From IMG/VR virus record IMGVR_UViG_2671181050_000003: DNA of 30,282 nt; one strand, 5' to 3'. Origin of the DNA: a virus. Taxonomy: Duplodnaviria; Heunggongvirae; Uroviricota; Caudoviricetes. Of this stretch, positions 10,315 through 17,894 are shown one piece after another (position 1 is the stretch's first letter; every line of letters begins with the position of its first letter). A program made the position numbers and the translations under genes. Under the pieces are notes generated by a model, which saw nothing but the letters and a program-made list of their open reading frames with translations, had not been told where the DNA came from and made no database searches.

Positions 10315-11101
10315 CCAGTCTCCCCGAATTACTCATTTCATGCAGCGATGACACGATGTCACTGACAGGCGTAACAACGCCCCGACGCTGGCTGGTCAGA
10401 ATATCGGTTTCCGCTCTGAGTTTATCTCTGGCAGCGTTGATTCTTTCCCGGTCAGCACGAAGTTTTGGTGCTGTTTCCGCCAGAACGTCCAGCGTCAGCA
10501 ATGAGCGTTCAATTGACTCGATACGGGCAATATTCCGGTCAAGAGCCTGTTCGGCTTTAAGTATTTTGTCGTACAGGGCAACACGGGTTTCCACGTCAGC
10601 CGCCTCTTTCAGGTCGGCGAACATTTTTTTCAGTGTTCCTGTTACTGAAAGTGCGCGGGCACGGGTGAACACCAGTTCATCGAACAGCACCATATCGGAC
10701 GCATCATCCATGAGGTTATCTGCCTCAAGATACTTCGCATATCCACGGTGTCTCACGGCGTGGGTGTTACGGTCGCTAAACCGGGCAACGGGGTGAGGAT
10801 TGCCCGATCTGCTGTTGCGTTTCGTTTCTGCCGAATTTGCGCAGTTTTTTTCAGAATTTTTTGCGCATTTTTCATCGTCGGAACCCGCGTCATTGCTGGG
10901 TTCTTCATCTGAGATGTCATGATCGATTTCATGATCGGTTTTATGATCGATTTCATGATCGATTTTGCCCATTTTTATACGGGTTCTGGCGGTGTTGTAA
11001 TTAATCTTTTTCTTACGGCACCACTCCAGTAATGTTATTCCCGTTTCGGCATGTTCGCGTCGGAATGCCTGCTCCAGTTTTTTCCAGTCCAGCTTTGCCA
11101 T
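10295..11101 (-). CDS. Terminase small subunit (268 aa) with an internal (E/K)(I/T)DH tandem repeat
   Basis: N-terminal DNA-binding-like region and C-terminal coiled coil; gene overlaps the large terminase start; first gene after the lysis cassette. Confidence 0.6.
   Translation of the reverse strand: MAKLDWKKLEQAFRREHAETGITLLEWCRKKKINYNTARTRIKMGKIDHEIDHKTDHEIDHDISDEEPSNDAGSDDEKCAKNSEKNCANSAETKRNSRSGNPHPVARFSDRNTHAVRHRGYAKYLEADNLMDDASDMVLFDELVFTRARALSVTGTLKKMFADLKEAADVETRVALYDKILKAEQALDRNIARIESIERSLLTLDVLAETAPKLRADRERINAARDKLRAETDILTSQRRGVVTPVSDIVSSLHEMSNSGRLDDIPEE
10919..10966. repeat. Four tandem 12-bp repeats (ATGATCGATTTC-like) inside the small terminase gene
   Basis: Read directly in the sequence; in-frame, encoding IDHEIDHKTDHEIDHD. 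Confidence 0.8.
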
Positions 11102-11402
11102 GTCACTTTCTGACGTCCTCTGTTAAAAACTGACGCATAATGACCGCTGTGATTTTTCAGAATTCACACAGCAGCGTCTTGTTTGATTGATATTTACACA
11201 ATATGGTTGTTTTATCCGGTTTCTTCCACCACCGCACCGGACAGGCGGCCATGCGGGAAAACGCTCACGTTACCTGAAAACGTGGAAAGCCCGGTGTGCA
11301 TCGTTTTTGATTATCCCCACACACTCGCGCAGGAGGTCCAGTGTCTGGCTGAGGTCTCTGTTAATGCGGGAATACTGCGACGATACGGCGCATCAGCAAA
11401 AC

Positions 11403-11870
11403 TTATTTCAGGCACTGAGTGCGGATATATTCCTGTGCCCCTTCCAGCTGCTTCTGCATCATCATCAACCGCTCTCTGAGGGTGAAATAATCCCGTTCAG
11501 CGGTGTCTGCCAGTCGGGGGCCGGTTGCATTATCCATGCCGGAGGTGCCGGTGGCTTCACGCACGGTACCGGAGCAGGTGGCGTTGATCCGCAGGCGCTT
11601 ACGACCAGCAGCAACATCAGCACGCAGAGTTTCATTTTCAGCTCTCGCATCGGCTAATTCCCTCGAGTATTTTGCATCGAGCGCAGCAACATCGCGCTGG
11701 CGCACCTGCATATCAGTAATGGTGGCGTTTGCCAGCTCCAGCTCTCTGGCTTTTTTATCGCGCTGCGCTTTGTAGGTGATGGCGTTATCGCGGTAATGGT
11801 CTGTTGCCAGCCACAGCGCACCACAGCCACCCGCCAGGACAATAATCACCACACACAGAACACGGCTCAT
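11403..11870 (-). CDS. Rz: Rz-like i-spanin (155 aa)
   Basis: N-terminal transmembrane segment, coiled-coil periplasmic domain, position after the endolysin, and a complete embedded +1-frame lipoprotein ORF. Confidence 0.8.
   Translation of the reverse strand: MSRVLCVVIIVLAGGCGALWLATDHYRDNAITYKAQRDKKARELELANATITDMQVRQRDVAALDAKYSRELADARAENETLRADVAAGRKRLRINATCSGTVREATGTSGMDNATGPRLADTAERDYFTLRERLMMMQKQLEGAQEYIRTQCLK
11465..11635 (-). CDS. Rz1: Rz1-like o-spanin lipoprotein, embedded in Rz in another frame
   Basis: [15 protein letters not shown] lipobox followed by a Pro-rich mature peptide; start taken at the internal Met of track ORF 11465..11650. Confidence 0.7.
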   Translation of the reverse strand: MKLCVLMLLLVVSACGSTPPAPVPCVKPPAPPAWIMQPAPDWQTPLNGIISPSESG

Positions 11871-11877
11871 CTCTCTT

Positions 11878-12009
11878 TCACCCCACCAGTCCCGATAACG
11901 TCAGGACTCGCCAGGCGGTGGAAAAGAAAATGGCAACCAGCATTAGTGAAAATGAAATGCCGACAATTACACAGAGGATCTTCGCCAGCGTTATGAGTTT
12001 GTCTGACAT
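11878..12009 (-). CDS. Small single-pass membrane protein (43 aa)
   Basis: Internal ATG of track ORF 11878..12099 preceded by AAGGGAGG at ideal spacing; translation [30 protein letters not shown] is a clear transmembrane helix. Confidence 0.45.
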   Translation of the reverse strand: MSDKLITLAKILCVIVGISFSLMLVAIFFSTAWRVLTLSGLVG

Positions 12010-12023
12010 GCTTAATCCTCCCT

Positions 12024-12206
12024 TCACGATTTCAACGCAATGACCAGTTTTGCCAGCCCATACAGCATCGGGGACACAGCAACACCGACCGCCACCCACT
12101 TAATGGCAAAAGCCAGTGCTCTGCTGATGTCATCAGTTACAGGCGCTTTCAGTTCAAGGCCGTTTTTCATAGTCAACCTCAACAGAATTCGTTTATACTT
12201 TTCCAT
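12024..12206 (-). CDS. Small hypothetical protein (60 aa) with a C-terminal hydrophobic segment
   Basis: Internal ATG (MEKYKRILL...) of track ORF 12024..12239 preceded by AAGGGAGA; sits between endolysin and Rz. Confidence 0.4.
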   Translation of the reverse strand: MEKYKRILLRLTMKNGLELKAPVTDDISRALAFAIKWVAVGVAVSPMLYGLAKLVIALKS

Positions 12207-12236
12207 GTTCTCCCTTGCCTTATCCAAGGTCAGAAA

Positions 12237-12275
12237 CACAAAACCCCGCTTGCAGCCAACAAACGGGGTTTTTAC
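12237..12275. terminator. Bidirectional hairpin terminator inside the lysis cassette
   Basis: CCCCGCTTG/CAAACGGGG stem flanked by an A-run upstream and a T-run downstream, so it can act on either strand. Confidence 0.4.
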
Positions 12276-12362
12276 TTTTATTCACTTAGTTTTTGTCAGT
12301 TCGCAGGATTTCGTGTTATCCGTCCGTGTGAGCAAACCGCATTTTTCAGCAAAATATTCTGC

Positions 12363-12896
12363 TTATCTGTCAATTCCCCAGCACGCCAGCGCGCTCTCCT
12401 GGTCACGCCGCGATACCTGCCCGTAACAGTTATTTGAGCGATTCCGACAGTCCCTGCCGCCGTCATATATCCATCGGCGGATTTCAGCACATGCACCTTT
12501 CCGGTCTCCGGCGTTCAGTTTCCGGTAAAACGTTGAGGTGAAGCATTTCGAAGGCCCGATGTTGTACGGACAGAATGACGCGATGCCCGCTTTCTGCGGT
12601 TCAGTCAGTGGCACTCTGATGTTTTTCTCCACCCATGCCAGCGCCTTATCACGCTCAATGGCGTTAACCTGGTCGCATTTTTCCTTCGACAACTTCATGC
12701 CCGGGACGACAGGTTTGCCATCCACCATGATGGCACCACGGCAGATGGTCCAGATCCCCGCACCATCACGGTATGCCGTGGTGTGGTTACCTTCTTTTTC
12801 GTCAAGAAACTGGTCGATGATTTCAGGCGCAGAAGCACCTGCCGCAATCAGCGCCAGAACGGCTACCGATAAACCATAGTGGAGTTTCTGAGTCAC
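12363..12896 (-). CDS. R: SAR endolysin, phage lysozyme with T4-lysozyme-type catalytic triad (177 aa)
   Basis: N-terminal Gly/Ala-rich weakly hydrophobic segment (signal-arrest-release type), then E-x8-D-x5-T (EGNHTTAYRDGAGIWT); immediately downstream of a pinholin-like gene. Confidence 0.85.
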   Translation of the reverse strand: MTQKLHYGLSVAVLALIAAGASAPEIIDQFLDEKEGNHTTAYRDGAGIWTICRGAIMVDGKPVVPGMKLSKEKCDQVNAIERDKALAWVEKNIRVPLTEPQKAGIASFCPYNIGPSKCFTSTFYRKLNAGDRKGACAEIRRWIYDGGRDCRNRSNNCYGQVSRRDQESALACWGIDR

Positions 12897-12900
12897 CTAA

Positions 12901-13116
12901 TCACTCTCCCCGGGCAGCCTTGCGACGGTCCTCTTTAATTTTGAAATACAGATTCGTCAGGTATGTCAGGAACCCCAGACACAGGCTCCCCAAAACCCCG
13001 ATAGCAGCCCACTGTGACGGAGTAACCTGATCCAACCACTGTAGAAACCAGTAACCCGCACTGCCCGCAGAAGTACCATAGGCTATGCCCGTTGATATTT
13101 TTTCCATCTGATACAT
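12901..13116 (-). CDS. S: Class II holin of the phage 21 pinholin type (71 aa) with dual-start motif
   Basis: Translation [45 protein letters not shown]... closely matches my recollection of the phage 21 S pinholin; two transmembrane domains; Met1/Met4 dual starts. Confidence 0.85.
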   Translation of the reverse strand: MYQMEKISTGIAYGTSAGSAGYWFLQWLDQVTPSQWAAIGVLGSLCLGFLTYLTNLYFKIKEDRRKAARGE

Positions 13117-13192
13117 ATCCCCGCCCCGACAGACCTGTGCTACCGGAAATAAAAAAGGCCATCAGTGTTTTACTGATGGCCCTGCCCCGCCG

Positions 13193-13483
13193 TTACAGCA
13201 TTGTGCCCGGTTCGGGTTGTGTGTCTGTCATATCCGTCACCGGTGACTCCGGCTGAATATCACCATTTTCCGTGGTGACATCTTCCGCCTGTGGTTCCGG
13301 AAGCAGTTCCGGGGATGGTTCCGGCTGTGCACCAAGCAATTCATCCAGAATTGAATCCACTTCTGCATCAAGACGCGCCTCAAGGTTCTGCCGAAGTTGC
13401 TGTTTCAGTGCGCTCCGGACTTCTTCAGAGCGCAGGACTTCCTTCACTGCCTCAGCAGTGACCAGCGATTTTATTTCTGACAT
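13193..13483 (-). CDS. Hypothetical acidic protein (96 aa)
   Basis: Start taken at the internal Met (MSEIKSLV...) of track ORF 13193..13657; Pro/Glu-rich C-terminus; weak ribosome-binding site. Confidence 0.35.
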   Translation of the reverse strand: MSEIKSLVTAEAVKEVLRSEEVRSALKQQLRQNLEARLDAEVDSILDELLGAQPEPSPELLPEPQAEDVTTENGDIQPESPVTDMTDTQPEPGTML

Positions 13484-13508
13484 AGGATTTTCTCGTTGAA
13501 AGGGGTTA

Positions 13509-13703
13509 TTAAGAAGGTTGTTCCGGAATGAGTGGGGCTTCTGTTTTTGCTCCGGCTGACTGAGTGGCGCTGATTTTCTCAGCGGCCCTTTTGTCAATCT
13601 GTCTGCGCCAGAAGTCGCGTACTGCCCTGTATCCACCCGAAAGCAGATACAACACACAGACCACCGTACAGAAGTACAGCATTAACTGGTTGATGAATGT
13701 CAT
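13509..13703 (-). CDS. Small hypothetical membrane protein (64 aa)
   Basis: One predicted transmembrane helix (LMLYFCTVVCVLYLLSGG); lies in the gap downstream of the esterase gene. Confidence 0.3.
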   Translation of the reverse strand: MTFINQLMLYFCTVVCVLYLLSGGYRAVRDFWRRQIDKRAAEKISATQSAGAKTEAPLIPEQPS

Positions 13704-13843
13704 GGTTTATTACCGTTACTGTTGACAATGAGAACTGTTTTCATTTAGAAATGATTGATGTCGAAAGCATCCTTTCGTTAGATTCTCCATTGGGATTACC
13801 TCCGCCAGTCTCCATTCCTGTTGCTGGCGGTTTTTTTCGTCTG

Positions 13844-15817
13844 TTATGCTGCTACGGCATTCACACCAACAGTAAGACTTTCAATCAGCACAGGGTAAGT
13901 TGCCGCATTTCCGGTAATATCCGTAATTGCCAGCGCGTTGGCCTCAAAGGCTGCATTCGTCCATCTGGTCAGCGTAAACGGTTTTCCTGCTGCATTATCA
14001 AGCACCGGCGTGACGTTCAGCGAGCCACCACCCGGGAAGCGGAAAGTCAGCGTGTGCCAGTCGTGATCGAACGGACCATAACTACCAAGCCGCTGTGATG
14101 TGGTGTTTGCATGATACATCACATTGATGTTTGTTTTATCAGTCTGCAGATAGAAGGCCGCAATATAACCCTCCTCTGATTCCGCTCCCGGCCATCCACT
14201 ACCGCGCCAGTAAATACCCGCAGAATATTGATTTGCAGAAGCATTGAGAGATACATCATCGGGGATTTTAAAGCGCAGCGTGATTTCACCGCCGTTATCG
14301 AACAGCTCCTTCCCCTTACCGGCATCAATTGCGTGCGATACTTTCCAGGTCTTTTTCTGTGCAAGACCATTTTCTGGTTTTTCAAGACGAAGGGCTTTTT
14401 TACCTGAACCACTGTCACTGACCAGCGTGTTTTTGACATCTGTCAGCGTCCAGCCCTGCGAAGCCAGATCGGCATTTTCCGCATTCGCATCATAAGCCAG
14501 CACTGACTGTATCTTTGTCGGGACAACGGATTCAGGCTGAGTATCGCCACTCTCCTGTGCTGGTTGCGATACGCCTCCGCCTGAAGAAACCGCGGCTTTT
14601 GTCACTTTCCCGGAAACAAAATCTGCCACTCTGCCCACATGCAGAAGAATGGCTGTTGCCAGACGGTCGGAAATAATTCCGCGACGCGCCCATGAACCAA
14701 AGTGGGTTTTACGATCGGATGTTGTCCAGCTCTTCGCATCCGTTCGTCCACCGGAACCATAATACCCGATAGCCGGAATATCCGGGTCTTCTGACGGTTC
14801 ATTGGTCCCGACTTTCTGACCATTGTCATCCATCATAAACGGCACAAAGAAGATATTTTTACCGGCTTTGGTTTTGTATGCGCCATAGACGGCATCGTAT
14901 TGCGCTGAATACGTCTCCTTCCAGTAGTACGTCGTGTCACCACAAATCCAGGGCACCAGAGAAGGAGAAGCACCAGCGCACTGACCGGATACTCCCGCCA
15001 GGTCAGAACGGTATTTTTCCACCATGGCATCAAACATGGCGGGCTGACTGGCGTACGCTCCCTGTTTTAAATCAAACTCGCCCTGCATCCAGACAACACA
15101 AAGCAGTATGTTTTTGGGGTTTGCCTTCAGCGCGGCCTGAGTGCGTGTCAGCAGGTCTTTATACAACGGCTTATCAACGCCCCATCGTTCAGATTTATCC
15201 GACGCTCCTGAACTTTCACTGAACGTTCCGTCAGCACCGGCTGTAAACGCAGAGCCACCACGACAGCACGGCACTAACAAAATACCCGCATTTTCCGGCA
15301 TAAAGGGCAACAGCTTTTTGGCAATATGCAATCCCTGTCCGACACACCCATACTGCTCTGCGCTGGCTTTCGGATGAGAAAAACGGCTCAAATCCTGCAC
15401 ATCATGCAGGCAGTGGTCCGCCGGAATGATGTCGTTATATGCACAGGCCGCACCACCCGGTGTCACCGTACTGCGACGCGCCAGCTGTTTAATACGCGGG
15501 TCCGGACGGTCATATGTCTCCGGCAGCGGCAGACCTTCACCATACGCCATGCCGTTTGACTGTCCGGCCAGCGCAATGACAAAGTAATATTCTGGTTCAA
15601 CAACAACAGTCCGGGTACCATCTCCCCCCGGTGAAACTACCGGAGAGGTCATATCCCCTTCAGCGACTATAGCCTGGATAAATTCAGCACCATAACCCGC
15701 GTTTGAGATAATCGGACTACCATAGGGTTGCCAGCCTTCCTTCAGTTTTTGCGTCAGTTTTCCTGCGAGGTCTGACGGCGATGATGCCCTGACCACGTCA
15801 TAGTGTTTAAATGCCAT
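13844..15817 (-). CDS. nanS: Prophage sialate O-acetylesterase, NanS-p-like (SASA/SGNH hydrolase, about 658 aa)
   Basis: GQSN(G)M esterase motif (ALAGQSNGMAYG) and a DUF1737-like N-terminus (MAFKHYDVV...); start taken at the internal ATG with a GGGAGG ribosome-binding site; located between the late regulatory region and the holin, as in EHEC lambdoid prophages. Confidence 0.75.
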   Translation of the reverse strand: MAFKHYDVVRASSPSDLAGKLTQKLKEGWQPYGSPIISNAGYGAEFIQAIVAEGDMTSPVVSPGGDGTRTVVVEPEYYFVIALAGQSNGMAYGEGLPLPETYDRPDPRIKQLARRSTVTPGGAACAYNDIIPADHCLHDVQDLSRFSHPKASAEQYGCVGQGLHIAKKLLPFMPENAGILLVPCCRGGSAFTAGADGTFSESSGASDKSERWGVDKPLYKDLLTRTQAALKANPKNILLCVVWMQGEFDLKQGAYASQPAMFDAMVEKYRSDLAGVSGQCAGASPSLVPWICGDTTYYWKETYSAQYDAVYGAYKTKAGKNIFFVPFMMDDNGQKVGTNEPSEDPDIPAIGYYGSGGRTDAKSWTTSDRKTHFGSWARRGIISDRLATAILLHVGRVADFVSGKVTKAAVSSGGGVSQPAQESGDTQPESVVPTKIQSVLAYDANAENADLASQGWTLTDVKNTLVSDSGSGKKALRLEKPENGLAQKKTWKVSHAIDAGKGKELFDNGGEITLRFKIPDDVSLNASANQYSAGIYWRGSGWPGAESEEGYIAAFYLQTDKTNINVMYHANTTSQRLGSYGPFDHDWHTLTFRFPGGGSLNVTPVLDNAAGKPFTLTRWTNAAFEANALAITDITGNAATYPVLIESLTVGVNAVAA

Positions 15818-16018
15818 TATTCCTCCCGGCAGGGATAGTGTATGCAATCAAGATAAGGTGCGGGCTGACGTCAGTCATGGACAAGGGTTCAGAAACAGGA
15901 GGATGACTACAGCCCGCAATACGAAAAAGACCATACAGTTGCGCAGAGTGATTACTATCAGGTATTATTCGCCAGCTGAAAATTGATCACTTCACGTTTT
16001 GTTGTTTATTCCTTGCCA

Positions 16019-16047
16019 CCCGCGCTTCCCGGCGCGGGCTTTTTTTT
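16019..16047 (+). terminator. Strong intrinsic terminator on the plus strand
   Basis: CCCGCGC/GCGCGGG stem followed by eight T; no plus-strand gene upstream. Confidence 0.5.
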
Positions 16048-16054
16048 ATCCAAC

Positions 16055-16300
16055 AAGAAAGCCCCTCCGGAGAGGGGCTGGAGAGTAGCGCTATGTACCG
16101 TTCATGCATGGTGCAGGGTGCCTCCCGGTGAGTTCAGTATCAGCACCTGAACCCGCACCAGAAAGGATAAGGGGTGTGACCAAACACCTGTCGCTGATAT
16201 GCCCCTCCGCACAGGGGGATTCACCATGCCATATTTTTTTAACAAACTTCCCGCTGGCCAGACAATAATCGCCAGCCTGAATTGTGAGTAACGTGGCATT
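16055..16300 (-). repeat. Repeat unit A of an ORF-free tandem family, ending in a hairpin terminator (16061..16079)
   Basis: Shares conserved blocks with unit B (aaagcccctccggagaggggctg, catggtgc.agggtgcctcccggt, gggggattcacca, atttttaacaaa, gccagacaat, aattgtgag). Confidence 0.6.
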
Positions 16301-16324
16301 TTACGGGAAAACTGTTTTCTGCAG

Positions 16325-16534
16325 TAAAAAGGCCCGCCGGAGCGAGCCTGGAAGGATAGCGGTCATGTGATGCCGGTTTCCCGGTAACTCAGCATCGGTA
16401 TCTGAGTCAACGTTTTCTCTACTGGGTCATTTCCGATACGTTCCGCCTTCCGGCAGACTTTCATCACGTCAGAAAATATAGCACCCTGAGTAACAGGACA
16501 GTACTCAGAATTCAGGAAACTGTGACACATCCTG
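16325..16534 (-). repeat. Diverged middle unit of the same family, with its own hairpin terminator (16330..16349)
   Basis: Opens with aaaggcccgccggagcgagcctgg...tagcggtcatg, parallel to the start of units A and B. Confidence 0.4.
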
Positions 16535-16790
16535 CACAGAAAAGCCCCTCCGGAGAGGGGCTGAAGTATAGCCTAATTTCTGTCTGTCGCATGGTGCCAG
16601 GTGCCTCCCGGTAAATTCAGCCTGGCTACTGAATTTGCATGTTCGCTGGATCATACACTTTGCCAGATGCCCCGCCGCTGAGGGGGATTCACCACGCGAT
16701 GCAATTTTTAACAAATTCTCCGGCAGCCAGACAATCATCAAGCTGTGGAATTGTGAGGTATTTAAAAATTTCGCAGCCTCTTGCCACCCG
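16535..16790 (-). repeat. Repeat unit B, ending in a hairpin terminator (16544..16561 plus T-run)
   Basis: See unit A; perfect GCCCCTC/GAGGGGC stem followed by TTTTCTGTG on the minus strand. Confidence 0.6.
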
Positions 16791-16876
16791 CTTTTCACAA
16801 AAATCGTATGTAGAAGGCCGCAGCGTAACTATCACTGATGAATTCAGGACACCCAGAGGCTACGGCTCAGTTTGGA

Positions 16877-16948
16877 TTGTGGCGGCCGGAATCGAACCAG
16901 CTCCCATCGGTGCGCTGCCGATTACAATACGCGCGGCGATCCGCTACA
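16877..16948 (-). pseudogene. tRNA-like element: canonical T-arm and acceptor stem, anticodon-like hairpin, non-canonical D-arm
   Basis: Minus strand reads tgtagcg...atcgg-cagcgca-ccgat-ggga-gctgg-ttcgatt-ccggc-cgccaca-a. The GGTTCGATTCC T-loop is exact and the acceptor pairs 6 of 7, but the D-arm does not fold, position 33 is not U and no CCA is encoded. Confidence 0.35.
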
Positions 16949-17080
16949 TGACTAGTATTTTCACAGTCGCCTGTCTGCTAGCTCGCCATTGAGCTTCACC
17001 ACAACGATAAGAGCACTGCGCACACCTTTCACCAATTCCACGAGGTCTGCGGGTTCAATGCTCTTACCTGTTGTGCAAAC

Positions 17081-17107
17081 AAAAAGCCCCGACATTTCTG
17101 CCGAGGC
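17081..17107 (-). terminator. Candidate tR'-like terminator about 100 nt downstream of the putative late promoter
   Basis: GCCTCG/CGGGGC stem (one G-U pair) followed by TTTTTGTTT on the minus strand. Confidence 0.35.
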
Positions 17108-17214
17108 CTTTACCTAATCTAGCCAGTATGCCGATCCTAAATATTATCGACGACCGAGGTAAATCAGGATTTCTCTTTCGCTTCTCAGTGCGCTTTTGCT
17201 CCGAGCATACACAA

Positions 17215-17243
17215 AACATACTACTTTCATTTCTCGAAAGCAA
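17215..17243 (-). promoter_or_regulatory. Candidate late promoter pR' (TTGCTT, 17-nt spacer, TATGTT) directly downstream of the Q-like gene
   Basis: Sigma-70-like hexamers read on the minus strand; expected position for pR' and the Q-utilisation site. Confidence 0.4.
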
Positions 17244-17267
17244 CGCATTTACAAAAAATATTTTGCA

Positions 17268-17894
17268 TCATCCAGCAATCACTAGAAGTTCTTTCTCCAA
17301 TTCTCGCTTCATTGCATAAAACATTTCTGAATCAAGGACCCTCTCGCACCACACGACCCGCCTCCGGCAATACTGAATATCAACTCCTGTTATCTGAGAA
17401 ATCATCCTGGCGATATCTTGCGTGCTGTCGCGATTGCAATATCGCCTAATAGCTACATCACGGACAGGGCTTTCACGATGAAAGGTCTCAACCATCACAC
17501 GTTCAACGAAAGCAGCATCATCGGATTCTTTGGCGAGAGCAATGATATTACCTGCCGATGACTGAGGGATGACCAGTTCTCGGGCTTTCTGATGGAGTTC
17601 ATCTCCACGTAGTCCGTCTTCTTCATACAGACGCATGACAACAGACTCAATCTGCTTAGCTTTGTCATCGCTCCACTGACTGCGAATCATCAGTCGCCCA
17701 ATAACGTTAATTGCACCACAAGGAGAATCATCACCAGCGTTAACATTTCCCCATACCTGTAGCATGTAGTGAACCCATGCTTTCTGACGAGAGTTAATGA
17801 TTTTCTTCGGATGCCTCCATATGCGGCGGAAATGAGCATCATTAATAAAGTTAACCATGCCGAATACTGGGGTTAGCCGCATCACAGCCCCCAT
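17268..17894 (-). CDS. Putative late antiterminator Q (208 aa), assigned by position
   Basis: Last gene of the nin region, immediately upstream of the candidate pR'/tR' and the late genes; four Cys residues; family not recognised from sequence. Confidence 0.4.
   Translation of the reverse strand: MGAVMRLTPVFGMVNFINDAHFRRIWRHPKKIINSRQKAWVHYMLQVWGNVNAGDDSPCGAINVIGRLMIRSQWSDDKAKQIESVVMRLYEEDGLRGDELHQKARELVIPQSSAGNIIALAKESDDAAFVERVMVETFHRESPVRDVAIRRYCNRDSTQDIARMISQITGVDIQYCRRRVVWCERVLDSEMFYAMKRELEKELLVIAG

Noticed and set aside
11183-11657. 98-aa and 156-aa plus-strand ORFs over the cos/pac interval and Rz
   Set aside because: No ribosome-binding sites, overlap Rz in antisense, and the translation does not resemble Bor or any lipoprotein.
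12935-13162. 75-aa minus ORF overlapping the holin gene in another frame
   Set aside because: The holin frame gives a near-exact pinholin translation; the alternative frame has no support.
14119-15559. Several 66-114 aa ORFs in both orientations inside the esterase gene
   Set aside because: All are contained within the long, motif-supported nanS-like ORF.
16102-16299. 65-aa minus ORF inside repeat unit A (and 16505..16798, 16635..16992 in unit B)
   Set aside because: No ribosome-binding site; the region is better explained as structured non-coding repeat units with terminators, and the corresponding ORFs in the other units are not conserved.
16055-16800. CRISPR array
   Set aside because: The repeats are long (about 240 bp) homologous units with indels, not short identical direct repeats separated by unique spacers, and no cas genes are present.
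15848-17267. Shiga toxin or other toxin cargo between Q and nanS
   Set aside because: No ORF of suitable size or with a signal peptide exists here; the interval holds only repeats, hairpins and a tRNA-like element.
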